NCBI GenBank assembly: GCA_042091035.1
Contig: JBELIG010000002.1
Location: 8,603 to 72,602, forward strand
From: Sphingobacteriales bacterium
GTDB taxonomy: Bacteria > Bacteroidota > Bacteroidia > Chitinophagales > Saprospiraceae
Direction of reading: 5' to 3'
DNA length: 64,000 bases
The notes under the pieces: model-generated
What the model saw: the letters and a program-made list of their open reading frames with translations, nothing else
Database searches by the model: none
What the model was told of the DNA's origin: nothing
Shown here: piece after piece, positions 45,832 through 55,408 of the stretch
Numbering within the stretch: the first letter of the stretch is position 1
How the letters are laid out: the number at the start of each line of letters is the position of its first letter
Made by a program: the position numbers and the translations under genes

Positions 45832-46710
45832 ATGCTTAGAATAGTACCTGAAGAAACAAAAACTAAAGACTTACATCAGTTTTTAGTAGGATCTATTGCT
45901 CCAAGACCTATTGCTTTTGTGAGTACAGTAGATGAGGAGGGAAATCCAAACCTTGCACCTTACTCGTTCTTCAATGCATTCAGCTCAAATCCACCAATTC
46001 TCGTTTTCTCCTCAAATAGAAGAGTTTTAAATAACACAACAAAAGATACCTTATCCAATGTCATGAACACAAAGGAGGTCGTTATTAATGTTGTCAATCA
46101 CGACATAGTGCGACAGATGGCTGTAACATCGGTAGAATTTCCTTCTAATATCAATGAGTTTGAGAAGGCTGGTTTGAATACAATTCCATCTGAAAAAGTA
46201 AGGCCTTTTCGCGTTAAGGAAAGTCCGGTCCAAATGGAGTGTAAAGTCAAGGAAATCATAACCCTTGGAGATCATGGAGGAGCGGGACACCTAATCCTTT
46301 GTGAAGTGGTACTGATGCATATTGCTGAGCATGTTGTAGATGAAAACAATAGGATCAATCCCCACAAACTTGATCTGATGGGAAGACTTGGAAGGGCCTA
46401 CTATGTGAGAGCGAGTGGAGATGCTATACAAACTATTGTTCAAAGTGTGACAGAAATAACTATCGGCTTTGACAAACTACCTGCTAAAATACAGACGAGT
46501 ACTGTACTTAGAGGAAATGAACTCGGCATGCTTGCAGGGATAAAAACTATTCCATCACAAGAAGCTATTGAAACTGCCAAATCTGACCCATCTGTCAAGA
46601 AATTAATAGACGGAACAAATCATACAGAAGCGATACATACCTATATAGCTGAATTGCTTAAGGATCCAAAAAACAACCTTGAAAAAGCGGCAGCTATTGC
46701 TTGGATTTAG
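45832..46710 (+). CDS. Flavin reductase-like (FMN-binding split-barrel) protein with a C-terminal extension
   Basis: The sequence 'LHQFLVGSIAPRPIAFVSTVDEEGNPNLAPYSFFNAFSSNPPILVFS' is typical of the flavin reductase-like domain. Confidence 0.7.
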   Translation: MLRIVPEETKTKDLHQFLVGSIAPRPIAFVSTVDEEGNPNLAPYSFFNAFSSNPPILVFSSNRRVLNNTTKDTLSNVMNTKEVVINVVNHDIVRQMAVTSVEFPSNINEFEKAGLNTIPSEKVRPFRVKESPVQMECKVKEIITLGDHGGAGHLILCEVVLMHIAEHVVDENNRINPHKLDLMGRLGRAYYVRASGDAIQTIVQSVTEITIGFDKLPAKIQTSTVLRGNELGMLAGIKTIPSQEAIETAKSDPSVKKLIDGTNHTEAIHTYIAELLKDPKNNLEKAAAIAWI

Positions 46711-47201
46711 GTCTTTCGAGTAAATACTTTAAATGTGTAGGCGTATTCATTTTTTTCGTCAGGCGAATGGTGTTCAGAGGATACCTGATCCCATTCCTCT
46801 GACTTGATCTCAGGAAAAAACACATCTCCTGGTACATCTAAATCAACTTCTGTCAAATACAACTTATCCCAAAGGTGTACGGTCTGATCATAGATCAAAC
46901 CTCCTCCAATAATAAACAACTCTTCTTCACCATTTGCCTTAGCTGCTTCAATACCCTCTTCTATCGAATTGAACACCAAAATATTCGAAGCCATAAAATA
47001 TGGATTACGAGTGATCACAATATTAGTTCGCTTTGGCAAGGGGCGACCTATTGACTCAAAGCATTTCCTTCCCATGAGAATATTGTGCCCCAATGTGGTC
47101 TTTTTGAAATATTTGAAATCTGATGGCAAATACCAAGGGATGCCATTATCCTTTCCGATTACATTTCCTTTGGAAACCGCAACAATTGCACTAATTCTCA
47201 T
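46707..47201 (-). CDS. folA: Dihydrofolate reductase
   Basis: The sequences 'ISAIVAVSKGNVIGKDNGIPWYLPSDFKYFKKTT..GHNILMGRKCFESIGRPLPKRTNIVITR' and 'LFIIGGGLIY' support the call. Confidence 0.93.
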   Translation of the reverse strand: MRISAIVAVSKGNVIGKDNGIPWYLPSDFKYFKKTTLGHNILMGRKCFESIGRPLPKRTNIVITRNPYFMASNILVFNSIEEGIEAAKANGEEELFIIGGGLIYDQTVHLWDKLYLTEVDLDVPGDVFFPEIKSEEWDQVSSEHHSPDEKNEYAYTFKVFTRKT

Positions 47202-49065
47202 CTGTAGCTTCTGTTTCTTTAATTAATATACTGTTAATTATTCTTTCTTCGACCCACTTCTTTTGCTTAGAGATTTCCCCATTTGTATACTTCTCCATTA
47301 TTAAACCAGCAATGGGTGCAGCAAAAGTTCCACCTCCTCCTGCATTTTCAACATATACAGCCACAGCAATTTTTGGACGTTCAGTTGGGGAAAAGCCAAT
47401 AAAGGTAGAATGATCCTCCCCAAACTTATTTTGAACAGTACCAGTTTTTCCCGCAATCGGAGTGAAATTATTTTGTGCCTGCCTACCAGTTCCTGCCTGA
47501 ACAACTAACTTCATACCATCCACCACATGCTCAAAATGTTGTTTATCTATAGAAGACTGGAATACAGCTATACTGTCTTTAGGAAAATCTAAACTTGTAT
47601 TTTCAAAACGTTTTACAAGATGTGGAGTTTTGTAATAGCCCCTATTCCCCAGCAGACAGGACATATTTGCCATCTGTAGTGTAGTTAATAAAAGTTCTCC
47701 TTGGCCAATACCTAAAGAGATAATAAAGGTAGAATACCATTTATTTTTTCCATAGATCTTATTGTAGAAAGCTGCATTCGGCACCTTGCCGTCCTCTTCG
47801 CCGGGAAGATCTACACCCAACTCTTGACCTAAGCCAAATTCTCTCATATATGTGTAGAATTTGTCTAGGTTGGCTTCGTCATTACTAGATCCTCCTTTAT
47901 CGATTATCTTCTGGAAGGTATGCCAGAAATAAGTATTACAAGAAAATTGGATCGCACGCCCTATATTATGAGTAGGAGGGTGATTTCTACATTTACCTAC
48001 AAAATTGTTGTAAGAATAATAGCCTGGGCAAGGTATGTATTGATCATGGGATATTACGCCTTCCTGCATCCCAACAAGACCTACTAACATTTTATGTGTA
48101 GAACCTGGTGGATATTGCGCGGACAATGACCTATTGAAGAATAGATTATTCGGATTTTTATTGAGCTTTTGGAAGTTCTTACCCCGCTCCTTAGAAATTG
48201 TTAAAAGGCCTGGATCATAAGAGGGCGATGAAAGCATGCACAGGATTTCTCCAGTTTCTGGTTCTATAGCTACAACAGCACCTTTCTTGCCATTCATAAG
48301 AGTTTCCGCATATGCCTGCAATTCAAGGTCAATAGAAGTATGAATATCAGCACCTGATATCGGGTCATAATTCATTGCTCCTTCCTTATAATCTCCTACT
48401 TCCCTTCCGAGTCTATCCTTGAATACCACACGCTGCCCTTTTTCACCTTTTAGGTAAGGTTCATAGGTAGACTCTAATCCATCACTTCCTATATAATCCC
48501 CTGACTCATATATCCTAATACCTTCTTCATCAAAATTATCATCTGCATCCACCTCTGCTCGATTGACTTCTCTTATATATCCTAATATATGAGCAGCTGA
48601 ACTATGCGGATATCCTCTAACATTCCTTCTTTGTATCGAAAAACCTGGAAATTCATGCAAACTTTCTTTTAGTGCTGTGATTTGAGCGGAAGAAATCGTG
48701 CTCAAGAAAGTAAAAGGAATTCTCTTGCTAAACCGTTCATTTCTAAAATCAATATCCATTCGCTTCTCAAACTCTGCTCTACTAATTCCTAAAAATTCGC
48801 AAAACCGGAGCGTATCCATAGTGGGCTCAAGAAAGTTGTAGGTTACCTTGATATCATATACTTGTTCATTGACAACCATCAACTCCCCATTTCTATCGTA
48901 AATCAAACCCCGAGCAGGATAGATCTCTATATTATCTGTAACCGTAGAAACTGCTCTATTTGGGATAGACTCATCCAAAACCTGCAAGTAGAAAGCATTC
49001 ACTATTAGAACTACAGCGAATACAAAGAATATGATTTGGATGACTATGCTACGATTATTGGTCAC
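47191..49065 (-). CDS. mrdA: Penicillin-binding protein 2 (elongasome transpeptidase)
   Basis: It has an N-terminal TM segment. The transpeptidase motifs are 'PPGSTHK' (SxxK), 'SCNTYF' (SxN) and 'KTGT'. It sits directly downstream of mreBCD. Confidence 0.9.
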   Translation of the reverse strand: MTNNRSIVIQIIFFVFAVVLIVNAFYLQVLDESIPNRAVSTVTDNIEIYPARGLIYDRNGELMVVNEQVYDIKVTYNFLEPTMDTLRFCEFLGISRAEFEKRMDIDFRNERFSKRIPFTFLSTISSAQITALKESLHEFPGFSIQRRNVRGYPHSSAAHILGYIREVNRAEVDADDNFDEEGIRIYESGDYIGSDGLESTYEPYLKGEKGQRVVFKDRLGREVGDYKEGAMNYDPISGADIHTSIDLELQAYAETLMNGKKGAVVAIEPETGEILCMLSSPSYDPGLLTISKERGKNFQKLNKNPNNLFFNRSLSAQYPPGSTHKMLVGLVGMQEGVISHDQYIPCPGYYSYNNFVGKCRNHPPTHNIGRAIQFSCNTYFWHTFQKIIDKGGSSNDEANLDKFYTYMREFGLGQELGVDLPGEEDGKVPNAAFYNKIYGKNKWYSTFIISLGIGQGELLLTTLQMANMSCLLGNRGYYKTPHLVKRFENTSLDFPKDSIAVFQSSIDKQHFEHVVDGMKLVVQAGTGRQAQNNFTPIAGKTGTVQNKFGEDHSTFIGFSPTERPKIAVAVYVENAGGGGTFAAPIAGLIMEKYTNGEISKQKKWVEERIINSILIKETEATDEN

Positions 49066-49079
49066 TTCTATTCTATTTT

Positions 49080-49607
49080 TTAGTCTTGTGGATCAAAAAT
49101 AATCTGGAAGAATGCAACCAACATGAACGAAACAATCATCGAACCGATGGTATTTAAAAGTATAGGTACAATGTATACTGGAGCAAAGAACTGCAGCGAA
49201 AAATAAAATACATGATGTAGAAATAACATTATTGCGGAATACTGTAAAAACCATCGTATTGAATATCGTTTAGCATTTGGACTATAGGAGACATTATAAC
49301 CTCCTCTTGGCTCTAAAAAATTCAACACAAAGGAGCGCGTATAAGCAACAAAAACTGCTGCGCCAGCATGCATCCCAAAAGAGGAATACAAATAATCTAT
49401 CATAAGCCCCATTGTAAAACCTAAAGCCGTAACTAAAGGAACTGGGGTTTTAATCGGCAATAAGATTATGAATAAAGGATAGATCATTGGATGGACATAG
49501 CTTAGAACGCCTCTTTCAAATTCAATATTTTGGATAACTAGCACCTGTGCAATGAACAGACCTATAAACCTAAATATATGAGGAAGTGTATTGCTATTCA
49601 TTTTCAA
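49080..49607 (-). CDS. mreD: Rod shape-determining protein MreD
   Basis: It is a polytopic 175-aa membrane protein and overlaps the mreC 3' end in the mreBCD-mrdA gene order. Confidence 0.8.
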   Translation of the reverse strand: MKMNSNTLPHIFRFIGLFIAQVLVIQNIEFERGVLSYVHPMIYPLFIILLPIKTPVPLVTALGFTMGLMIDYLYSSFGMHAGAAVFVAYTRSFVLNFLEPRGGYNVSYSPNAKRYSIRWFLQYSAIMLFLHHVFYFSLQFFAPVYIVPILLNTIGSMIVSFMLVAFFQIIFDPQD

Positions 49608-50421
49608 TAATTATTAACAAGCTATCAAGTTCTTCAGCCTGCTGATCTTCCAGCACGTAGACAACCTCCAAGTTATTCATATCATTGAATAACTGAACCT
49701 GTATTGTATAAGAGTTTGAACCCTGGCTTAGGGAAATATCTTGTACTTTCCCCACATCTAATCCTACAGGAAAGTGCCTTGAATAGCCAGATGTTTGGAT
49801 AGTATCTCCGACCTCCACATCCGCATGCTTGGGTATATCCTCTAAAAAAACAACAGATGGATCTAAGCCAGTCCATTTTAGATTTCCAAAAAATGCTGCA
49901 TGTTTGATCGTGCAGGAGACTTGAGATTGTCTATGTAATATTGACATTACCGTAGAAAAATTATTAGATACATCTCGAACTACACCAATTATACCATCAT
50001 CAGTAACTACGCCCATACGAGGATATACACCTTGATTTGAGCCTTTATTGATTGTTATAAAATTATTACTTTTAATTGTACTATTTTGAATAACTCGAGC
50101 TGCTTTATATGAAAAGCTTGTATCCACAGCAAGTGTATCAGTCAATTCAATTTCTTCGAGCAATGAAATCAAATACAAATTTTGAGTCCTTAAATCACGG
50201 ACAACGGTTGCTAGAGAGTCTAGCTCTTTATGTGCACCGTATATCTCGCCAACTCTGTGCGTAAATGAATTAACTCTTCCGTTAAGATTACCGGAAGAGT
50301 TAAGAAAAATCTCTTTTTGAGAATCGTTGTAGTTGACCAACATGAATATGCATATACCTTCTAGGAGTAAGAAAAGTACGAAACTCCCATATCTAAGCAG
50401 ATAAAGTATAAGGTTACGCAT
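49594..50421 (-). CDS. mreC: Rod shape-determining protein MreC
   Basis: It has an N-terminal TM segment, a coiled-coil region and beta domains ('GVVTDDGIIGVVRDVSNNFSTVMSI'). Its position is immediately after mreB. Confidence 0.85.
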   Translation of the reverse strand: MRNLILYLLRYGSFVLFLLLEGICIFMLVNYNDSQKEIFLNSSGNLNGRVNSFTHRVGEIYGAHKELDSLATVVRDLRTQNLYLISLLEEIELTDTLAVDTSFSYKAARVIQNSTIKSNNFITINKGSNQGVYPRMGVVTDDGIIGVVRDVSNNFSTVMSILHRQSQVSCTIKHAAFFGNLKWTGLDPSVVFLEDIPKHADVEVGDTIQTSGYSRHFPVGLDVGKVQDISLSQGSNSYTIQVQLFNDMNNLEVVYVLEDQQAEELDSLLIIIENE

Positions 50422-50459
50422 AGCTAGTAAATATTATTCTCTTTCTTGAAATCCGTTTG

Positions 50460-51491
50460 TCAGTTATTTCTGCGATCGATCAAGAAGGTGAATCGATCTG
50501 TATTTTTAAGGGCAATCCCCGTACCTCGAACTACAGCTCTTAATGGGTCTTCTGCGACATGAACTGGTAATTTTGTCTTAGAAGAAATTCGCTTATCAAG
50601 TCCACGCAATAATGCACCTCCACCAGTCAGATACAAGCCAGTTTGATAAATATCGGACGCCAACTCAGGAGGAGTGGCTTCTAAAGCCTTCATAATCGCA
50701 TCCTCTACCTTGGAAATTGACTTATCCAATGACTCTGCAACTTCTTTAAATGTTACATAAATCTGTTTAGGAATTCCTGTCATAAGATCCCTGCCATTGA
50801 CAGCAAGATCTTCTGGCGGTGATTCTAACTCAGTCAATGCCGAACCTACTTTTATTTTGATTTGTTCAGCAGTACGTTCACCGATCAATAGATTATGCTG
50901 CTTCTTAAGATAATTCATTATGTCGAGTGTAAACTCATCCCCTGCAATTCTGATGGACTGATCACATACTATTCCAGAAAGGGCAATTACAGCAATTTCT
51001 GTAGTACCTCCGCCTATATCAATTATCATATTCCCGACTGGCTCCTCAACATCAAGACCTATACCTAATGCTGCTGCCATAGGCTCATAAATAAGATAGG
51101 TTTCTTTAGAATCTACATGATCAGCAGAATCAAATACAGCTCTTTTTTCTACCTCTGTAATACCAGAGGGGATGCAGATAACCATCTTCATGTGCGAGAA
51201 GAAACTTCTTCTAGCTGTTATCATATTGATGAAACCTTTGATCATCTTTTCTGCTGCATCAAAATCTGCAATAACACCATCTTTAAGTGGGCGTACTGTC
51301 TCTATATTACCATGGGTTTTTTCATGCATAAGCATAGCACGTTGACCCACCGCTACTGTCTCTCTTGTTCTTCTATTGAGTGCAATAATCGATGGTTGAT
51401 CGATAAGCACTTCACCATCTTGGATTACAAGCGTATTCGCTGTACCCAGATCAATGGCTATTTCCTGTGAAAAAAATTTGAATAATTTCAT
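50460..51491 (-). CDS. mreB: Rod shape-determining actin homologue MreB
   Basis: The sequence 'IAIDLGTANTLV', 'EPMAAALG', 'DIGGGTTEIAVI' and 'LTGGGALLRGLD' support the call. Confidence 0.95.
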   Translation of the reverse strand: MKLFKFFSQEIAIDLGTANTLVIQDGEVLIDQPSIIALNRRTRETVAVGQRAMLMHEKTHGNIETVRPLKDGVIADFDAAEKMIKGFINMITARRSFFSHMKMVICIPSGITEVEKRAVFDSADHVDSKETYLIYEPMAAALGIGLDVEEPVGNMIIDIGGGTTEIAVIALSGIVCDQSIRIAGDEFTLDIMNYLKKQHNLLIGERTAEQIKIKVGSALTELESPPEDLAVNGRDLMTGIPKQIYVTFKEVAESLDKSISKVEDAIMKALEATPPELASDIYQTGLYLTGGGALLRGLDKRISSKTKLPVHVAEDPLRAVVRGTGIALKNTDRFTFLIDRRNN

Positions 51492-51645
51492 TAATTACCT
51501 TGGTAGTTCTCGGAATTTTTAAATAATTAGGATGTATTATTCTTTAATAACATCTATTAAATCCGTTAACACTAAACATACGAAAGAAATAGGAAAAAAT
51601 TAAAATATAGTAAGTAAATAAAAGGATTCTAGAACGACACTACTA

Positions 51646-52926
51646 TTAGTTTTCCGAATCATCGCCGACAATAACAATATCGAAGTCCTTTGCATTTAAA
51701 TATTTATTTGCTACTTCTCTTAAATCTTCTGCCTGTATTTGGTTAACTCTTTTTATCAACTTTTCAAATAAACTAAAATCCAAACCATCTGATAAATAAG
51801 ATTTAGCAACCTCACCTGCATTGAACGGTCCATCCAACATTGAAAGGAAACCTCCCATCAAATAGTTTTTTAACATCAACAATTCTTGCTCACTAACTAG
51901 TTCAGTCTTAAGAATATTCATTTCTTTATTGATCTCGTCAACAACTTGGTTTACATTCTCACTGCTAGCCTCAGAACCCACATAAAAATAGCCATCGTGC
52001 TTAAAAGTATCTAGAGAAGAATAAATGTTGTAGGTCAATCCCTTTTCCTCTCGTATATTCATCATCAGCCTTGATCCAAAATACCCCCCGAATAGATTAT
52101 TGAGAACATACATGTCATTATAATCCTTGTGCTCTTTTGAAAAAAGCCGGTACCCCATTCTAAGCGAAGCTTGTACATCTGATTTCACAGGAACAACTAA
52201 ACGAGAAGGACTTGAATATACCTCAGGTAATAGGACCTTAGAATTTGGCCCAGATTTCATTTTTCCAGCTATAAATTCCTCTACAAGATCAATCTCCTCC
52301 TGACCTACTTTCCCAGTCAAAAATATCTGACAATTTCCACTAACATAAAATTGTTGATAGTGGCTTAGTAAATCTGCCCTAGTTATGTTATCAAACAACT
52401 GGGCAGTGCTGTTATATCCATAAGGATGTTCTTTCCCGTATATTTGTTCAGTCAATGTGCGGTAAGAAAGTACATCCGTACGCTCAAGATCAACTTTTAA
52501 TTTTTGTTTTGAATTTTGCTTCCATCCATCGAGTTCTTTTTCTGGAAAAACAGGATCAAATAGCACCTCTGAAAGGATAGGCAGAATTTCTTTAAAATAA
52601 CGCTTCAGACAATAAAAACCTATGGTATTATCATCGAGATTAAAGGTACTCTCAATATAGGTTCCAAAGAAATCAACACGTTCCGATATTTCATGATTAC
52701 TCATTGTCGAAGTACCCTCCTTAAGCATCTCCTGAGTGGCTCTTGAAGCAACATTTTTTAATTCTACTGGTCTTCCAGCATTGAAAACGACTTCAAGCTT
52801 AAGCACATCTTGTGTACCTGAGTTAAGGCAATGAACTTTGATCCCGTTTGATAATTCAACTGTTTTAACATTAGGTATGATAATCTCACTGATATTCTTA
52901 ATCTCTGGCACTCTACTTCTATCCAC
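51646..52926 (-). CDS. M16-family (pitrilysin/insulinase-like) protein lacking the HxxEH zinc motif; probably a non-catalytic homologue
   Basis: The overall M16 two-domain pattern is present. At the position of the HxxEH...G motif the sequence is 'ATQEMLKEGT' (nt 52711-52740), and both His ligands are absent. Confidence 0.7.
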   Translation of the reverse strand: MDRSRVPEIKNISEIIIPNVKTVELSNGIKVHCLNSGTQDVLKLEVVFNAGRPVELKNVASRATQEMLKEGTSTMSNHEISERVDFFGTYIESTFNLDDNTIGFYCLKRYFKEILPILSEVLFDPVFPEKELDGWKQNSKQKLKVDLERTDVLSYRTLTEQIYGKEHPYGYNSTAQLFDNITRADLLSHYQQFYVSGNCQIFLTGKVGQEEIDLVEEFIAGKMKSGPNSKVLLPEVYSSPSRLVVPVKSDVQASLRMGYRLFSKEHKDYNDMYVLNNLFGGYFGSRLMMNIREEKGLTYNIYSSLDTFKHDGYFYVGSEASSENVNQVVDEINKEMNILKTELVSEQELLMLKNYLMGGFLSMLDGPFNAGEVAKSYLSDGLDFSLFEKLIKRVNQIQAEDLREVANKYLNAKDFDIVIVGDDSEN

Positions 52927-53048
52927 GCTGCTTTATTTTGGCCTTAAACAATCATTTAAAGCTTATTTTTGTTGAGATATTTCAACAAAAAGACTATTTC
53001 TTTGTAATTAAATCACAAATTTAGAACAAATACCCTTTAATGTTTTGT

Positions 53049-53057
53049 TTATCCACA
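53049..53057 (+). promoter_or_regulatory. Perfect consensus DnaA box (TTATCCACA) upstream of dnaN
   Basis: It is an exact 9-mer, 94 nt upstream of the dnaN ATG. A TAAGTTTG (TAnnTTTG-type) -7 box lies at 53099-53106. Confidence 0.55.
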
Positions 53058-53150
53058 AAATGTTGGGAAAAATAAGTACTCAAATCAAAGCTTTAGCTTA
53101 AGTTTGTATTTTAGCTATTTCTGCTGAGATCACAATTAAAATAAACCAAA

Positions 53151-54266
53151 ATGAGATTTAGCGTATCTTCTTCAGATCTACTTAAAAAATTACAAGTAAC
53201 AGGAGGAGCCATTGGTTCAAACCCGGTTTTGCCAATACTTGAAGATTTTTTATTTACGATTAAGGGAAATCAACTGATCATAACAGCTACTGATCTTGAA
53301 ACAGCCATAACTACCCAAATGGATGTTGAGGCTGATAAAGACGGTTCAGTTGCCGTACCAGCCAAAATACTATTAGAGACATTAAAAGCCCTTCCGCAGC
53401 AACCTATTACTGTTGAAGTAGATGAAAGTAATTTTAACATAGAAATTACCTCTTCTTACGGTAAATACAAACTTGCTGGTGAAAATGGAGAGGAATTTCC
53501 AACAATTCCAGAAGCAGAAGGACCTGCAGCTTTATCTATTCCAGGGCACAAACTAACCCAAGGTATAAACAAAACAATTTTTGCGACTAGTAATGATGAA
53601 CTACGTCCAGCAATGACTGGTGTTTATTTTCAGTTAGAAAATAATGAATTGACGCTTGTTGCTACTGATGCGCACAAATTGGTGAAATACACGTTTAAAG
53701 AACTTGACATCACCTCTGGGTCATCTTTTATTGTTCCCAAAAAAGCCCTAAATCTACTAAAGGGAATTGTAGGTAATTCCGATTTAATAGAACTTAAATA
53801 CAATGGGTCAAATGTTTTCTTTGAATCAGAGCACACCAAATTAAGCTGTCGTCTGATCGATGAGAATTATCCAAACTACAGGGCGGTGATCCCACAAAAT
53901 AATCCGAACAACCTACATGCTAATCGTCAGGATCTACAGAATTCCTTGAAACGGATAGCAATCTATGCTAATAAAACAACAAACCAAGTAGTTCTAAACA
54001 TCAATAATGATGATATGAACATATCAGCTCAGGATCTCGATTTTTCTAATGAGGCATCTGAGAAACTTAGTTGTTCTTACGAGGGAGATCCACTTACTAT
54101 AGGCTTCAACGCAAAATTCCTAATAGAAATGCTAGGAGTGCTTGAAACCGATGAAATTAAAATGGAATTATCTTCTCCAACAACTGCAGGAATATTACTT
54201 CCGGCTGAAGAACTCGAAGACGAAAGTATACTTATGCTTGTCATGCCTGTCATGTTAAGTGTTTGA
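53151..54266 (+). CDS. dnaN: DNA polymerase III beta sliding clamp
   Basis: The sequence 'MRFSVSSSDLLKKLQ...NPVLPILEDFLF...LIITATDLE', the 371-aa length and the C-terminal 'MLVMPVML' support the call. Confidence 0.93.
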   Translation: MRFSVSSSDLLKKLQVTGGAIGSNPVLPILEDFLFTIKGNQLIITATDLETAITTQMDVEADKDGSVAVPAKILLETLKALPQQPITVEVDESNFNIEITSSYGKYKLAGENGEEFPTIPEAEGPAALSIPGHKLTQGINKTIFATSNDELRPAMTGVYFQLENNELTLVATDAHKLVKYTFKELDITSGSSFIVPKKALNLLKGIVGNSDLIELKYNGSNVFFESEHTKLSCRLIDENYPNYRAVIPQNNPNNLHANRQDLQNSLKRIAIYANKTTNQVVLNINNDDMNISAQDLDFSNEASEKLSCSYEGDPLTIGFNAKFLIEMLGVLETDEIKMELSSPTTAGILLPAEELEDESILMLVMPVMLSV

Positions 54267-54274
54267 TAACAAAT

Positions 54275-54309
54275 TAAAAAAAGGGAAAGCTAGTCTTTCC
54301 CTTTTTTTA
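54275..54309 (+). terminator. Rho-independent terminator after dnaN
   Basis: The sequence aaaaaaaGGGAAAGctagtCTTTCCCttttttt has a 7-bp stem and a T-run. Confidence 0.8.
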
Positions 54310-54485
54310 TTGCATTTGTCACAAATCATACCATACAAAACAACGTTCTGATCATCAACATTTAACAAAGTGTTATCATACTTTATTTGCTATTTTTTAA
54401 CAATTAGATCTTATATTTTTGTGTTTCGTACAATACCAATTAACGTCTCAATGTTTTAGAATAAGTATCCAAAATCATTGAACGT

Positions 54486-54845
54486 ATGAAAAACCCTTTT
54501 GCAATTTTAATCTGTATCGGAACACTATTCCTTTTTTCTTGCTCCAACAAGGATATAGAATGCCTAGATAACAAGGAAGTTGTCATCAAATCCATCACTC
54601 CATCAGCTAGAATCTGTCAAACATCTGAAATGAATTTCAGAGTGGAACACAAGTGGGACACTTCAGAATTTCTAATTATGTCAGAATGTGAAGCTAAAAT
54701 TCATATTGAAGACCTTGAAGCATCTTGGAGTCTAATCCTAGATGAACACAGAACGAATTCAACAATTAGTGAACAAGACAGTCTATATTATGATTTCTTA
54801 TCGAACAATCCACCAAAATTTACGATTTCCGATGACGGTAATTGA
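54486..54845 (+). CDS. Small (119 aa) Cys-containing lipoprotein, paralogue 1 of a tandem pair
   Basis: The lipobox is 'LFLFSCSNK'. By eye it shares about 40-45% identity with the next ORF, including 'CLD.KEVVI.SI.PS..IC.T....F.V..KWDT.....I.SEC.AKI' and 'DS.Y.DF..NNP'. Confidence 0.65.
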   Translation: MKNPFAILICIGTLFLFSCSNKDIECLDNKEVVIKSITPSARICQTSEMNFRVEHKWDTSEFLIMSECEAKIHIEDLEASWSLILDEHRTNSTISEQDSLYYDFLSNNPPKFTISDDGN

Positions 54846-54987
54846 TTGTAAGACTAAGGACACTTGTATAAAAATTATTGTTCACTTAACCAATTTGTAA
54901 TATACATCTCAATATTTAATCCCTAATAACTATTAATTTAGTAATCCCTTTTAGAACAATAAACAAAAACCCCAAACCCCGTTTAAA

Positions 54988-55341
54988 ATGAAAACAATCA
55001 ATTTTTTACCGCTTTTGCTTTGTATAAGCTTCGCGTGTAACAAAGAAGAGATCCATTGCTTAGACACTAAAGAAGTCGTCATTGAATCCATTAATCCTTC
55101 CATTTCGATTTGTAGCACCACTGACAATGATTTTCATGTGGTCAATAAGTGGGACACAACCTATTCAAGCATAATATCGGAATGTGATGCAAAAATACAA
55201 CTAGGCCTCTTAGAAGAAGCCTGGGGGGATTTAGTTATTCATTACGAAGCTCTGGGAATCCAAAGCACAAAAGACAGTATTTATGCTGACTTTATAAAAA
55301 ATAATCCGGCGAGTTATAGAATCCTAGACTCCGGATTTTAA
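54988..55341 (+). CDS. Small (117 aa) Cys-containing lipoprotein, paralogue 2 of a tandem pair
   Basis: The lipobox is 'ISFACNKE'. It is collinear with and similar to 54486-54845. Confidence 0.65.
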   Translation: MKTINFLPLLLCISFACNKEEIHCLDTKEVVIESINPSISICSTTDNDFHVVNKWDTTYSSIISECDAKIQLGLLEEAWGDLVIHYEALGIQSTKDSIYADFIKNNPASYRILDSGF

Positions 55342-55347
55342 AACTTT

Positions 55348-55388
55348 AAAAACTCAAATCACTTAAATTGATTTGAGTTTTTTTTTGG
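55348..55388 (+). terminator. Rho-independent terminator after the second paralogue
   Basis: The stem is ACTCAAATCA/TGATTTGAGT (10 bp, 7-nt loop), followed by a T-run of at least 8. Confidence 0.8.
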
Positions 55389-55408
55389 GATTTTTATTAA
55401 TATTAAAA

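Noticed and set aside
53049-53057. Whether the dnaN upstream region is the chromosomal origin (oriC).
   Set aside because: Only one consensus DnaA box is present. There is no cluster of boxes, no 13-mer-like AT-rich repeats, and dnaA is not adjacent.
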